64,000 bases of DNA from an uncultured Candidatus Saccharibacteria bacterium (GTDB taxonomy: Bacteria; Patescibacteriota; Saccharimonadia; CAILAD01; BJGX01). Shown here in pieces: positions 36,174-45,903 of the stretch. Both the position numbers and the translations under genes were made by a program. The stretch covers positions 70,160-134,159 of the forward strand of contig CAZKFZ010000002.1 in assembly GCA_964552475.1 (NCBI GenBank), given 5' to 3'. The notes beneath the pieces are model-generated. The model was given only the letters and a program-made list of their open reading frames with translations, had not been told where the DNA came from and ran no database searches. Every line of letters starts with the position of its first letter. Positions within the stretch are counted from its first letter, which is position 1.

Positions 36174-37432
36174 TGCAGATCTTTACTATTAATTATAAAT
36201 ATGTCACCTTTTTGAGCACCAAGCTTGGTAGCCACCTTAAAAACACCTTTTTTACGCAGTATTTCGCGCAGTCGCCTTACACCATCTAGTTGATTAAAAT
36301 TGGTGCGACGAGCAAAACGCTCTATCTCTTCACCGGTAACTAAGTATTTATCGTCTAATTTTTCTACATTCCAACCCAAAGATTCATCTAGCTTAATAAC
36401 CGGCATAGTGTCTTGGGGTTTTTTGGTTTTTTTAAGGGCTTTTTGAGCATCTTGTAACATTCTGTTGGCATTACGCATAAGCCCAATAAGACCCATGCCG
36501 GTAACGGCCGATATTACCTGGAGCCTATCTGGTGAAATATTAGTGTTTTTGAGTAGTGTTTCACGAATTTTGTTAACCTCGTTTTTGGGTTTGGTCTCGC
36601 ATTTAGTCAAAGCTACTATAAACGGAGTATCGCTAAGATCTATAGCGTAGTTTTTGAGCTCACCACGAATAGTTTGGTAGTCTTTTACAATATCTTGTGA
36701 GTTGATATCTATTAAATGTATTAGTAACCTACAGCGCTCTACGTGACGTAAGAAATCGTCACCTAGCCCCTTGCCTTTACTGGCGCCTTCTATAAGACCT
36801 GGTATATCGGCTAGCAAAAAGCTGGTATCATCTATATCTACTACTCCTAGGTTGGGCACTAGAGTGGTAAAAGCGTAGCCGGCTATCTCGGGTTTGGCGT
36901 TACTTACCATAGATAGTAGCGTGCTCTTGCCGGCGTTGGGCAGACCTACCAAGCCGACATCGGCTACTAGCTTGAGCTCTAAAACTAGCTCTTTAGTCTC
37001 ACCTGGTTCGCCTAGCTCAGCCATTTTGGGAGCTTGACGAATAGAGCTCTTAAAATGCCAATTACCAAAACCACCGTCGCCACCCTTGGCAATTACGGCT
37101 TCTTGATCGTTTTGCACCAAATCGGCAATAATTTCATCACCTTCTCTCACGATAGTACCTGGTGGAACTATCAATACTACTGGTTCGCCATTTTTACCGT
37201 GACGACGATTGGTAAAACCAGCCGAGCCTTCTTGGGCTTTCCAGAGCCGGCTGGTGCGATATTTGGTAAGCGTACTGGTATTGTGAGAGGCACGTACCAC
37301 AACATCGCCACCGCGACCACCGTCGCCACCGTCAGGGCCACCTTTGGAGTTACTACGACTACTATGAAAGCTAAGGTAGCCATCGCCACCTTTACCAGCC
37401 TGGACTTTAATAGTTGCTATATCTGTAAACAT
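36167..37432 (-). CDS. obgE: GTPase ObgE/CgtA (start MFTDIA at 37432)
   Basis: Gly-rich Obg domain, GLPNAGKS, FTTL.PNLG, DIPGLIEGA, C-terminal OCT domain. Confidence 0.97.
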   Translation of the reverse strand: MFTDIATIKVQAGKGGDGYLSFHSSRSNSKGGPDGGDGGRGGDVVVRASHNTSTLTKYRTSRLWKAQEGSAGFTNRRHGKNGEPVVLIVPPGTIVREGDEIIADLVQNDQEAVIAKGGDGGFGNWHFKSSIRQAPKMAELGEPGETKELVLELKLVADVGLVGLPNAGKSTLLSMVSNAKPEIAGYAFTTLVPNLGVVDIDDTSFLLADIPGLIEGASKGKGLGDDFLRHVERCRLLIHLIDINSQDIVKDYQTIRGELKNYAIDLSDTPFIVALTKCETKPKNEVNKIRETLLKNTNISPDRLQVISAVTGMGLIGLMRNANRMLQDAQKALKKTKKPQDTMPVIKLDESLGWNVEKLDDKYLVTGEEIERFARRTNFNQLDGVRRLREILRKKGVFKVATKLGAQKGDIFIINSKDLQW

Positions 37433-37499
37433 CTTGACATTATAGCATTTACTGATAAAATAGTCTAGAAATAGCGCACCTACAAAAAGGGGTTGATGG

Positions 37500-37907
37500 A
37501 TGACATCTCTATTAGAGCTACCCAACGATGAGTTTTTTCGCGAAGAAAAACAATATCTAGATGTAGTAGCTACTGAAGAAGTACAGCTAACTATTAATGT
37601 TAGAGGCGATTTTAAGTTTGTTTTTGCAGGTTATCCACGCCCTAGAGGGCTCGAAGATCAAATCTGGTCAAAACTAAGCCTCGAATGTGATTCACCTGAA
37701 GGACACTTCTCAGATGAAGGCAGAGCGATGTTGATTCAGCTATTGACTTTACATGACGCTATAAGCATAAAAGCAACTCCAAATAAGATTTCGGTTACAT
37801 TTGCTTTCTATGACCTTAGCAGTAGAGATCGCAACTTCTACAGAGGTTCAGTGGTAAGAAATATTCGCTTCTATTTGCCGGTATTAGGCACTAAAAAAGA
37901 CAGCTAA
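37500..37907 (+). CDS. Hypothetical protein
   Basis: ORF with AAGGGG SD, divergent from obgE. Confidence 0.6.
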   Translation: MTSLLELPNDEFFREEKQYLDVVATEEVQLTINVRGDFKFVFAGYPRPRGLEDQIWSKLSLECDSPEGHFSDEGRAMLIQLLTLHDAISIKATPNKISVTFAFYDLSSRDRNFYRGSVVRNIRFYLPVLGTKKDS

Positions 37908-37909
37908 TA

Positions 37910-38077
37910 ATGACCAAGCGTCAGATGGGAAAAGGCAAGAAAGGCAGGCCTCGTAGACCAAAACCAGGTGGCAAATACCAACGAATTATTCGTGTATCAA
38001 AGAAGGTAGAGGCTAGCTCAACAGTCTCGAGTGAAGACTTAGTACCAGACCCAACGGTCTATAAAAAGAAGGTTTAG
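37910..38077 (+). CDS. Small basic protein, 55 aa (not in ORF track)
   Basis: MTKRQMGKGKKGRPRRPKPGGKYQRIIRVSKK...; TAATAATG coupling; ends before terminator 38092-38119. Confidence 0.45.
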   Translation: MTKRQMGKGKKGRPRRPKPGGKYQRIIRVSKKVEASSTVSSEDLVPDPTVYKKKV

Positions 38078-38140
38078 CTTTTACAAAACCAAAAGCCCCG
38101 GTTATTTTACCCGGGGCTTGTTTTATATTTGTTTTACAAA

Positions 38141-39331
38141 TTAATAGACGTATATGAAGTTACTGGCTGGGCCACTGCCCGAATTAACTCTACCCCAGCC
38201 GGCTGGGCCGTTCATTTCTGAGTAGTAAACAGTACCGCCATCTACACGCTCAATATATACAACGTGGTTGCCCCAACGGGTTACACCGGCTGCACCTGCA
38301 CGAGGAGTACTACCTACGCCCAGGCCTGCGCGTGGAGCGTTGTAAGGCCACTGATTGGCGTTACCAAGCATATTTGGCACATAACGACGGGTAGCAACAT
38401 ACCATGTACAGTAACCGTAGGCGTAAGTATTGCTAAACGAACCTGGTTTTTGAGCTCCAGACAAACTATAGGCAGTGGTTGCCGATGCGATTGATGATGA
38501 GTTGTTACCAGCAATACGCGCAGCAGGAGTGGCTATTTCGCTAGGTTTTACACCATCTGGAATAATGATTTTTTGCCCGGCCATTGGCGACTTACCTTCA
38601 AGTCCATTAAAACTGTCAATCAAGGCAGCATTAGCTTGATAACGTGAGGCTAGTTCACCTAGATTTTCATTACCGTTACTGTCGTACATAATACCCGACA
38701 CGGGTAGTATCGTAAGTCTTGCACCTGGTTTAATACTGTTTTCGTCTACAATATTGTTGGCCCATTTAATAGTGTCTGAGGTTATATTGAACTTACTAGA
38801 TAGTGAGCTAATAGTATCGCCATCTTTTACAATGTACTCTAGAATATCACGTGTAGGAGCACCAGCAGTTACTACTGGTTGTTTTTTCTCTAAAAACTCA
38901 TCGCCAGCAGTTGGTAATGAGCTAAGGGAACTTAAATCTTTGGCTTTTTGGTTGACATCGTCGCTTACCATAGCAGATGTACCATTGGCTAATACTGCAC
39001 CTGTAGCAATAAGCGATACTCTATCGTCTGACGAACTCACGCCGTTAGAAATCAAACTAGCTTGTGAACTCACGCGACCAAAGCTTACGGCAATAATTGC
39101 AATAGCAATAACACTAGCGTGAATAGCTAGTCTTTTATAACCATGTTTAGCAAAAAAGGCATTTTTTGATGCTGTAGTTATTGTCTGTATGAGATTGTGA
39201 GTTCGGGAACTTACTGAGGAATACTGATTGTTTGTAATAGGGGATCCAGTAAGTGTGTTTGTTTTGGCAAAAGTTTCTGGTTGTCCCACACCCGTGAAGT
39301 TTTCACGACGCACTTGAAGGGGCAATCCCAT
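38141..39331 (-). CDS. LysM + CHAP peptidoglycan hydrolase
   Basis: TM anchor; YIVKDGDTISSLS LysM; GYCTWYV...GNA.QW...GNHVVYIE...SEMN CHAP. Confidence 0.9.
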   Translation of the reverse strand: MGLPLQVRRENFTGVGQPETFAKTNTLTGSPITNNQYSSVSSRTHNLIQTITTASKNAFFAKHGYKRLAIHASVIAIAIIAVSFGRVSSQASLISNGVSSSDDRVSLIATGAVLANGTSAMVSDDVNQKAKDLSSLSSLPTAGDEFLEKKQPVVTAGAPTRDILEYIVKDGDTISSLSSKFNITSDTIKWANNIVDENSIKPGARLTILPVSGIMYDSNGNENLGELASRYQANAALIDSFNGLEGKSPMAGQKIIIPDGVKPSEIATPAARIAGNNSSSIASATTAYSLSGAQKPGSFSNTYAYGYCTWYVATRRYVPNMLGNANQWPYNAPRAGLGVGSTPRAGAAGVTRWGNHVVYIERVDGGTVYYSEMNGPAGWGRVNSGSGPASNFIYVY

Positions 39332-39663
39332 TCTCTTTATACTAATACATTTCTCCCTCCGTCAAATGACGGACTTCTACGATTTATCTGTCTCCCAATA
39401 AATGGGACTAGGAACTTCGACCTGAAGTTATTAATTATTAATTCCCTAATCTGATAAATTTCTCGTAGGAACACTTGAGTGAAGATAAGCCCACAAACCA
39501 CTTCTGGAGTATCCGTTTTACTGCTTATCTTTACTTAAGAGTACGCTCACTATACTAACACGGGCTCGAAATGATGGTCAAGTGGCATATTTTGCCTTTA
39601 TGAAGGTATAATATAGCTATTAACAGGTAAATTTGGGTAATTTGGGCACTTTTTGGTAAAAAT

Positions 39664-40770
39664 TTAGAGGTGATTTTTAATATTTTCGTTATGTTCTTGT
39701 AGGGTTTTGGCGTAGTAAACCTTGCCATCATCACCTGCCAAGAAGAAAATATAATCAGATGGCGTAAAGTTCATAACAGCCTCAATCGCATCGGTACTAG
39801 GATTGTTTATAGGTGTAGGTGGCAACCCCTTAACAAAATAGGTATTATATGGAGAATTTATTGAGATATCACCAGGGCTAGTAATAGTCTTGCCAGTAGC
39901 GTAGTTTACAGTTACATCACTTTCTAACTTCATATTGTCTCTTAAGCGGTTTAGGAACACTCCTGCGGTGAGTTTACGGTCGGCAGTAGTTAGAGCTTCT
40001 TTTTCTACAATCGATGCTAGCGTGAGTACCTGTAGTTTATTTAGACCTGCTGGACGGTTGCCCTGTAGTAATGGTTCGGCTTGGGCCCTAAAAGCCTCAT
40101 ATTGTTTTTTTACCAATACCTCGGCCGAACTACCTGGTGTAAAAGTATAGGTAGCAGGAAAAAGATAGCCTTCGGGGTTTGTCTTAGAAACTTGAGGAAT
40201 AAAATCAAAATCATAAGATAGCTTTTTGGTGGCAGCAATATAGTCGTCTTTGGCTCCGTAGCCCGCTGCAGCCCAACGCTTGGCCATTTCATTAAGGGTA
40301 ATACCTTCTGGGTAAGTTATTTTATACACCGCAATTTTGCCAGCCGACATGTCTGCCACAATCTGCCTAATTGAGCTAGTAGGCTTAATAAGATAAGGAC
40401 CAGGTTGTAAATGTCCGTGAGCAGGACCAAACTTAGCCCAGAGTACAAATACATTTTTGTCGCTTATAAGGTTTTTAGAGCTTAGCTCGGTAGCAATACT
40501 TTCTAAACTATCACCTTGTTTGACCTCAACTAACTCGCCATCAATAGAGATATCTGAACGCACCGAGCCTAGAGCCATTACAAACCATGCGATAATACAA
40601 AACACAATTATAATAACAATGCCTAGAACCCATAATATAAACTTAAAATAAGGTTTCTTTTTGGGGTCTGGGCTGAGACTACTCTTGTTTTCTTCTTGTT
40701 GCTTCTGTGGCACAACGGTAGTTTCTAAAGAAGGCTGAGTTGGGTTGGTAGGTCTGTTTGTAGGGTTCAT
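39664..40770 (-). CDS. mltG: Endolytic transglycosylase
   Basis: EGYLFPATY, LASIVEKE, SPYNTY..KGLPPTPI.NP. Confidence 0.95.
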   Translation of the reverse strand: MNPTNRPTNPTQPSLETTVVPQKQQEENKSSLSPDPKKKPYFKFILWVLGIVIIIVFCIIAWFVMALGSVRSDISIDGELVEVKQGDSLESIATELSSKNLISDKNVFVLWAKFGPAHGHLQPGPYLIKPTSSIRQIVADMSAGKIAVYKITYPEGITLNEMAKRWAAAGYGAKDDYIAATKKLSYDFDFIPQVSKTNPEGYLFPATYTFTPGSSAEVLVKKQYEAFRAQAEPLLQGNRPAGLNKLQVLTLASIVEKEALTTADRKLTAGVFLNRLRDNMKLESDVTVNYATGKTITSPGDISINSPYNTYFVKGLPPTPINNPSTDAIEAVMNFTPSDYIFFLAGDDGKVYYAKTLQEHNENIKNHL

Positions 40771-41162
40771 ATTGTTTTGTTTGCTAAATAATCTTCTAGA
40801 ATGATCTGGGCGGCAATTTGATCTAACATTTTTTTGCGTTCTGATATGGTGGCATTTTTACCAAGACGATCAAGTGCTCTTTGCGTACTCATAGCTTCAT
40901 CTTGCCAATCTACGGTTAGGTCGGTCTTTTGCTGAAGTTCTTGGCCAAATTTTTTTGCCGCAATAGTCTGCTTGGTAGATTCACCGCTTAAATTTCTGGG
41001 TAACCCTACAACCATCTTTGTGGGTTGGTGTAATAAAATTAGTTCCGGCAATTTATCCCAAAAATCTGGTGTATTAATAGTGATAAGTGGTTTTGATTCG
41101 CCATTTATAGCCAAGGCCACCCCAATGCGAGCAAAGCCGTAATCAAAACCCATTATTGTCAT
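40767..41162 (-). CDS. ruvX: YqgF/RuvX pre-16S rRNA nuclease
   Basis: GFDYG..RIGVA, VVGLP, DEAMST, D..AA.IIL. Confidence 0.93.
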   Translation of the reverse strand: MTIMGFDYGFARIGVALAINGESKPLITINTPDFWDKLPELILLHQPTKMVVGLPRNLSGESTKQTIAAKKFGQELQQKTDLTVDWQDEAMSTQRALDRLGKNATISERKKMLDQIAAQIILEDYLANKTI

Positions 41163-42832
41163 TGATCAGTACTAACCTTAATCTCTACAGTAATGCGATT
41201 AGCAAAATATGGTAAATAAGGTAGTAGGGCTGGGGTTGTCTCGGCCTGTACCCCACTTACCTGTGAGTATTTGGGCTGAACAATTTCTACTAAACCTTTT
41301 TTGCTCTTACCTGCTACGTCATGAGCAACCTGATTAGTATCGATTGTCTGTCCATAGTAGGCATTGCTAGTTGCCTGCATATTTGCTTTCTCAGTCCCTT
41401 CTAGTTTAACAACAGTATATTTGGCGTCTGTGGCACCAGTCTGGTATATCTGGTTGTTACCCGGTACTTGAGTTTTGGTTTGAGCCTCAAAAAGCTTATC
41501 TAGATCGTTCTTGGCAGCAGCTAGCTCGGTGTATTTCACCCTAGCACTAACAGTACCACCAGAACTTTCGGTGTCAGCTGGGGCAGTGGTGTTAATATTG
41601 CTTACTTCGCTTTGAAAAGTTTCTACAAATACCTTTTGGTCGTCTTTACCTCGAGTCTGCAAATCTTGCTTGGCGCTCTCAGTAGCCGAGTTGATCATAT
41701 CTGTTTTGGCTTTGTCGATATCGGCTTGAGTCACTACTGTAGCAACCTTGGTGGTACCACCAGAAGTTGTTCCGGTAGCCTTATAAAGACTAGATAAACC
41801 ACTTATTGAGAAATTTGAACTACTTAGGTTGTAGCTGTCGCCAGATGCAGTAGCAGTGATATTAGAACTAACCGCTGCCGAACATGTCACCACACCACCA
41901 CCAGCACTTCCGGCCGGAATAGTCACGGCTTGGGTGGTAGCAAAGTTTTTGCCACCAGAGCTCACTGTACTACCAGCAGCCAACTGGTGAGAATTGGTGT
42001 CATCACAATTACGAATAGATATAGTGCCGCTCGCCTTGGCGCCAACATCTTTTTTACCTGTTGCGCTATACTGGGCACTAAGATCTTTGGTAGTACTTAT
42101 CTGATCAGCTGCTACTACTCCATTTTCAAAATCTGATTTTTTTGTACCGGCATCTAGAGTAAATTTAACATTTACAGGTGTTTTTACAGCTTTGGCTATA
42201 AGTGTAATCTTGGCGGTTGGTAAAAATACATAAGCTAGGCCAAATAGTATTATCGCCATTAGCACTGCTATAAAGATGGCAATTTTTTTATTGAGACCCA
42301 TAAAATTAGGGACTTTTGGTTCGTTGCTTTTATTGGCTCGCTTTTCTTTACGACTGGGTTTTGAGGTCTCGTCGATAGATTCGTCGTCTTCACTTAGTGA
42401 AATATGCTTTTTCTCAAAAGCACCACTTTTGCTCGAAGACTTAGAAGACTTACTCGACGACGGTTCTGATTGCGCTTGGCTTGAGGGTTCTTCTTGTTCT
42501 AGTACAACTGGCTCTTTGGTGAGCTCTGGTTGTCTGGTAGGCGCCTCTGGAATACTCGGTTCGGCTTTCACATTGTGAGCCATAAGAATACCTAACCCAG
42601 CAGCCAAGCTTATAGTGGCTTTATCGGTACTAACTAGAATAAGTTTTTTATGGCTGCTAGAGGCTGCTTTTTTCAGTAATTTAAGATTTACTGCGCTTTG
42701 TAGCATAGTACTGCGCGCTGGAACAGCTAAACGAACCTCACTAGCATGGCTGCTCTTGAGTTTATCAATAGCCTCGGTTATTTCAGAGTCGGCTTCAAGA
42801 TATATTACGTTGGGGTCGGTATTTTCGGGCAT
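41159..42832 (-). CDS. Membrane protein with baseplate J/gp47-like extracellular domain (CPR type)
   Basis: N-terminal IYLE.D.EIT..I domain, TM, A.GTI..N...AG...F.T...V.IP...V.A...G..YN pattern; next to the ftsA-like gene. Confidence 0.7.
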   Translation of the reverse strand: MPENTDPNVIYLEADSEITEAIDKLKSSHASEVRLAVPARSTMLQSAVNLKLLKKAASSSHKKLILVSTDKATISLAAGLGILMAHNVKAEPSIPEAPTRQPELTKEPVVLEQEEPSSQAQSEPSSSKSSKSSSKSGAFEKKHISLSEDDESIDETSKPSRKEKRANKSNEPKVPNFMGLNKKIAIFIAVLMAIILFGLAYVFLPTAKITLIAKAVKTPVNVKFTLDAGTKKSDFENGVVAADQISTTKDLSAQYSATGKKDVGAKASGTISIRNCDDTNSHQLAAGSTVSSGGKNFATTQAVTIPAGSAGGGVVTCSAAVSSNITATASGDSYNLSSSNFSISGLSSLYKATGTTSGGTTKVATVVTQADIDKAKTDMINSATESAKQDLQTRGKDDQKVFVETFQSEVSNINTTAPADTESSGGTVSARVKYTELAAAKNDLDKLFEAQTKTQVPGNNQIYQTGATDAKYTVVKLEGTEKANMQATSNAYYGQTIDTNQVAHDVAGKSKKGLVEIVQPKYSQVSGVQAETTPALLPYLPYFANRITVEIKVSTDQ

Positions 42833-43007
42833 AGATATATAATATTATAGCGTAATTGGCTTGTGCTTGCAGACAAATGCCTGCCAAAATATAACGAGCT
42901 TGAGCATTTTGTTGTGACACACATATTATACTTGTGTTTTTTAAGTAGTTATGCTATAATACAGCTGGATTTTCGAAACCTGTTAAGACGTACCTAAAAG
43001 GAGAGAG

Positions 43008-43385
43008 ATGCCTACCGACCCCATGGAAGCGTTTATGGAAAAGCATTGGCCAGCCTCTAACGCTACAGTACAGGCGGGGCGTACAACCACAGCCGTTGTA
43101 CAGACCAGCCAGACACCGGTTACTAGCCAAGTAGTATCTACTGATATACCTGAAGAAGTACAACCTACTCAACCTAAAAACAAGACCGTCGCTATTGTCT
43201 TGGCAGTATTTCTGGGATTTTTCACCTGGATTTACACCTACAAGCGCGATGCTTGGAAGTTTTGGCTCAACCTGGCATTAACAATTGTTACTTTTGGCTT
43301 GTGGAATCCGATTGCATGGATTTGGGCAATGGTCGATGCCTTCTTGAAACCAGAGGATTTCTACAAGGAGTTTCCCAACAAGTAA
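43008..43385 (+). CDS. TM2-like membrane protein
   Basis: KNKTVAIVLAVFLGFF motif; own promoter, SD and terminator (43407-43433). Confidence 0.65.
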   Translation: MPTDPMEAFMEKHWPASNATVQAGRTTTAVVQTSQTPVTSQVVSTDIPEEVQPTQPKNKTVAIVLAVFLGFFTWIYTYKRDAWKFWLNLALTIVTFGLWNPIAWIWAMVDAFLKPEDFYKEFPNK

Positions 43386-43436
43386 CTCCAGTGTATCTAC
43401 TAAACCAAAGCCCCGCTTCACAGCAGGGCTTTTAAC

Positions 43437-44717
43437 TTACAAAGAAAGTGTGCGACTTAGACGCTGTAAAACATTTTCACCCACACTTTGAGAGCCAATA
43501 ATATCTAGGCCAAGATTGGCCAGACCCATTGGAGTAATTTCTTGTGGGCTAGTCAGTTGACCAGTAGTATCTATTACTCTATTGACCTGTGAAGGATGAA
43601 TAAAATCTATAGTAGGCTTGCGAGTAAATGGTAATCCTTTGTACCAATCAGTGCCAGTAAGAGCGTGTTTTATCTCAGGAAGCGCCGAGCCTCCTCCACA
43701 AAGCAAAATTCTATTGGGTAGGTGCTCGATACTTTCAAACTCGGCCAAACCCAACTCTACTCCACTTAGCCAAGTATCAACGTCGCTTTTTAGAGCTTCG
43801 GTAACAGCTTTTTCTTTTTTGCCGTCTAACTTGCCGGCGGTATGGTCTAGTTTAAGATCTTCGGCCTCATCAAAATTTACTCCCATGCTAGAACTTATGC
43901 GTTTAGTAAAACTGCGCCCACCAATAGCAAACATTTGAGTGCCTTCTACTCCTCCATTATTTACTACGGCAATATCAGATGTACCACCCCCAATATCTAT
44001 AAAAATAGCCGAAAATTCGGTACTGTCGTCAGCCCCAACACTCTTAGCTACAGCAAAAGGTTCGGCGGCAATATTAATAAGGTTAAGGTCTAAGTCGGCA
44101 GCAACCGTTTGTAAAGCTCCTAAATGAACCATAGGCGCAAAGGCGTTAAAAATTTGGATAGTTACATCTTTACCTTGAAACCCAACTGGGTTAGTTACTC
44201 TATAACCATCGATATGCACATCTACCACTGCAGCATTAACCAGTTTTACCTCTAACTCACGTTTACCAGTCTCCCAGCTAAGTTGTTTTTGAACTTCGTC
44301 AAAAGCCTGTTTCTGAATGCGGTCAATAATATCCATTAGTTCGGCTTGGTCAATCTTTACATCTGGTCTAGCTCGCCGATAACTAACGCTTGTAGTACCA
44401 CCCTTCACCAACTCTCCAGCAATACCAAGAACTGCATCTTTGGCAACAGTTTGGGCCATTTCCTCAGCTCTACGCAAGGCTGCATCGCAGTTTTCTACTA
44501 CACCAGCAATGTCAGTAACTGCTCCACCAGCCATATCGGTAAGTCTTTGGCGTTGACGACCAACACCTACTATCTCTACAGCTTGATAGGTTTTACCTGC
44601 AGAATCAGTGTGGTCTTTTATTTGACCGATAAGTGCCTTGACATATTCGGTACCAATATCAAGAGAAACCAAGAATTGTCCATTTTTTTTCTTTTGTTTG
44701 AAGCCAGGTAGTTTCAT
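43437..44717 (-). CDS. FtsA-like actin-fold ATPase
   Basis: LDIGTEYVKA, AEPFA, IDIGGGTSD, LCGGGS. Confidence 0.85.
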   Translation of the reverse strand: MKLPGFKQKKKNGQFLVSLDIGTEYVKALIGQIKDHTDSAGKTYQAVEIVGVGRQRQRLTDMAGGAVTDIAGVVENCDAALRRAEEMAQTVAKDAVLGIAGELVKGGTTSVSYRRARPDVKIDQAELMDIIDRIQKQAFDEVQKQLSWETGKRELEVKLVNAAVVDVHIDGYRVTNPVGFQGKDVTIQIFNAFAPMVHLGALQTVAADLDLNLINIAAEPFAVAKSVGADDSTEFSAIFIDIGGGTSDIAVVNNGGVEGTQMFAIGGRSFTKRISSSMGVNFDEAEDLKLDHTAGKLDGKKEKAVTEALKSDVDTWLSGVELGLAEFESIEHLPNRILLCGGGSALPEIKHALTGTDWYKGLPFTRKPTIDFIHPSQVNRVIDTTGQLTSPQEITPMGLANLGLDIIGSQSVGENVLQRLSRTLSL

Positions 44718-44818
44718 GTATTTATTAAAAATCCTTATGCTCATTGTATCAGGCTTGCAGCTCACAATAAACTCGGTATACTAGTTAACAGTTCTGTACC
44801 TTGTATTGAAAGGAAAAT

Positions 44819-45688
44819 ATGCTTGCGCGATTGTGGTACTTTCCAAGTCTACACGGCCAAGACCCAAAAGCAGTAAAAGCATTTAAATTTACTTTCGAGG
44901 TAATTACTAAGTTGCTTGTAAACTGGTGGGCACTAGCCTTAGTTTGGTTTGGTCAAAAAACCAAGCAGTTTTGGCTAGTAAGATTCGTTAAACAACTTCC
45001 TAACGCCATGAGTTGGTTTAGGTTTCCAGCTATTGTAGTTGTGTGTTATGGCTTAGCCAATTCTATTCACACCAATAGTCATAGTGATGCTACCTACTGG
45101 TTTATTGCAATGCTACTAGTAATAGCATTGGACGCTCTAGATGGACCATGCGCTCGCGACCTCGACGCCGTCACAGAATTCGGTAGTCGCCTCGACCCTG
45201 CATCTGACAAGTTCTGTTTTGCGTGTATAGTTTTGATCTATTGTGTTAGTAGCTTATTTGAGTACTCAATAGCTTTTTGCTTGGTGGCCTTTGGGCTTGC
45301 TATATGGTGCCTGCATGTTGAGTTAAAACTCATTAGGCTTTCGCTAGGGCCTTTCCGTAAGCTTTTAGATGAAGTAAAACAGTACTCTCCAGATTTTCGA
45401 GACCCTGGTGCGTCTACTGCTGGTAAAGTTAAATTCAACTTGCAAATGTTGGCCTGTGTAATTGGTTGGGTGGGGTTGGTATATTTTCCGGCCGACCCTA
45501 CAGCAATTCTGCTAATGGCCATTACTCTGTTTGCAGCACGCACCTTTGGCGATAAAAGCTTGGGCTGGCATCGGCGAGAATATATGGTAATTGCCTGGAT
45601 GAATTACATCATTAAGATAAATCCAAAAGTTAACATTGGACTCAAGCCTGTTAGCTCAAACATTGTAGCTTTGGACAAATCAGCATAA
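44819..45688 (+). CDS. CDP-alcohol phosphatidyltransferase
   Basis: PNAMSWFR, DALDGPCAR...G..LDP.SDK signature. Confidence 0.85.
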   Translation: MLARLWYFPSLHGQDPKAVKAFKFTFEVITKLLVNWWALALVWFGQKTKQFWLVRFVKQLPNAMSWFRFPAIVVVCYGLANSIHTNSHSDATYWFIAMLLVIALDALDGPCARDLDAVTEFGSRLDPASDKFCFACIVLIYCVSSLFEYSIAFCLVAFGLAIWCLHVELKLIRLSLGPFRKLLDEVKQYSPDFRDPGASTAGKVKFNLQMLACVIGWVGLVYFPADPTAILLMAITLFAARTFGDKSLGWHRREYMVIAWMNYIIKINPKVNIGLKPVSSNIVALDKSA

Positions 45689-45903
45689 ATATACCCTCAA
45701 ACCTGTTGGTTTGGGGTTTTTATTATCTATAAAATTGTTATGTTTTTTTGACAACTTTTTGTAATAGTTTTCCACACCCTGTTGTCAAACTATTTTGACA
45801 AATACATAAGCATTATATAGAATAGTCTTAAACGGGGTGGTACTTGGCGTTAATTTAACAAAATACTTATGGTATAATAACCTATAAGTGACATTCTAAA
45901 GAT

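Noticed and set aside
37433-37525. 31-aa N-terminal extension of ObgE in the ORF track
   Set aside because: Homology starts at MFTD, a TATAAT box precedes that ATG, and the extension overlaps the divergent gene
39332-39581. c-di-AMP (ydaO) riboswitch
   Set aside because: The gene context fits, but the conserved GCGGGGGA / GGGGUGAA / CCGUCAGCUAACC segments are not all present
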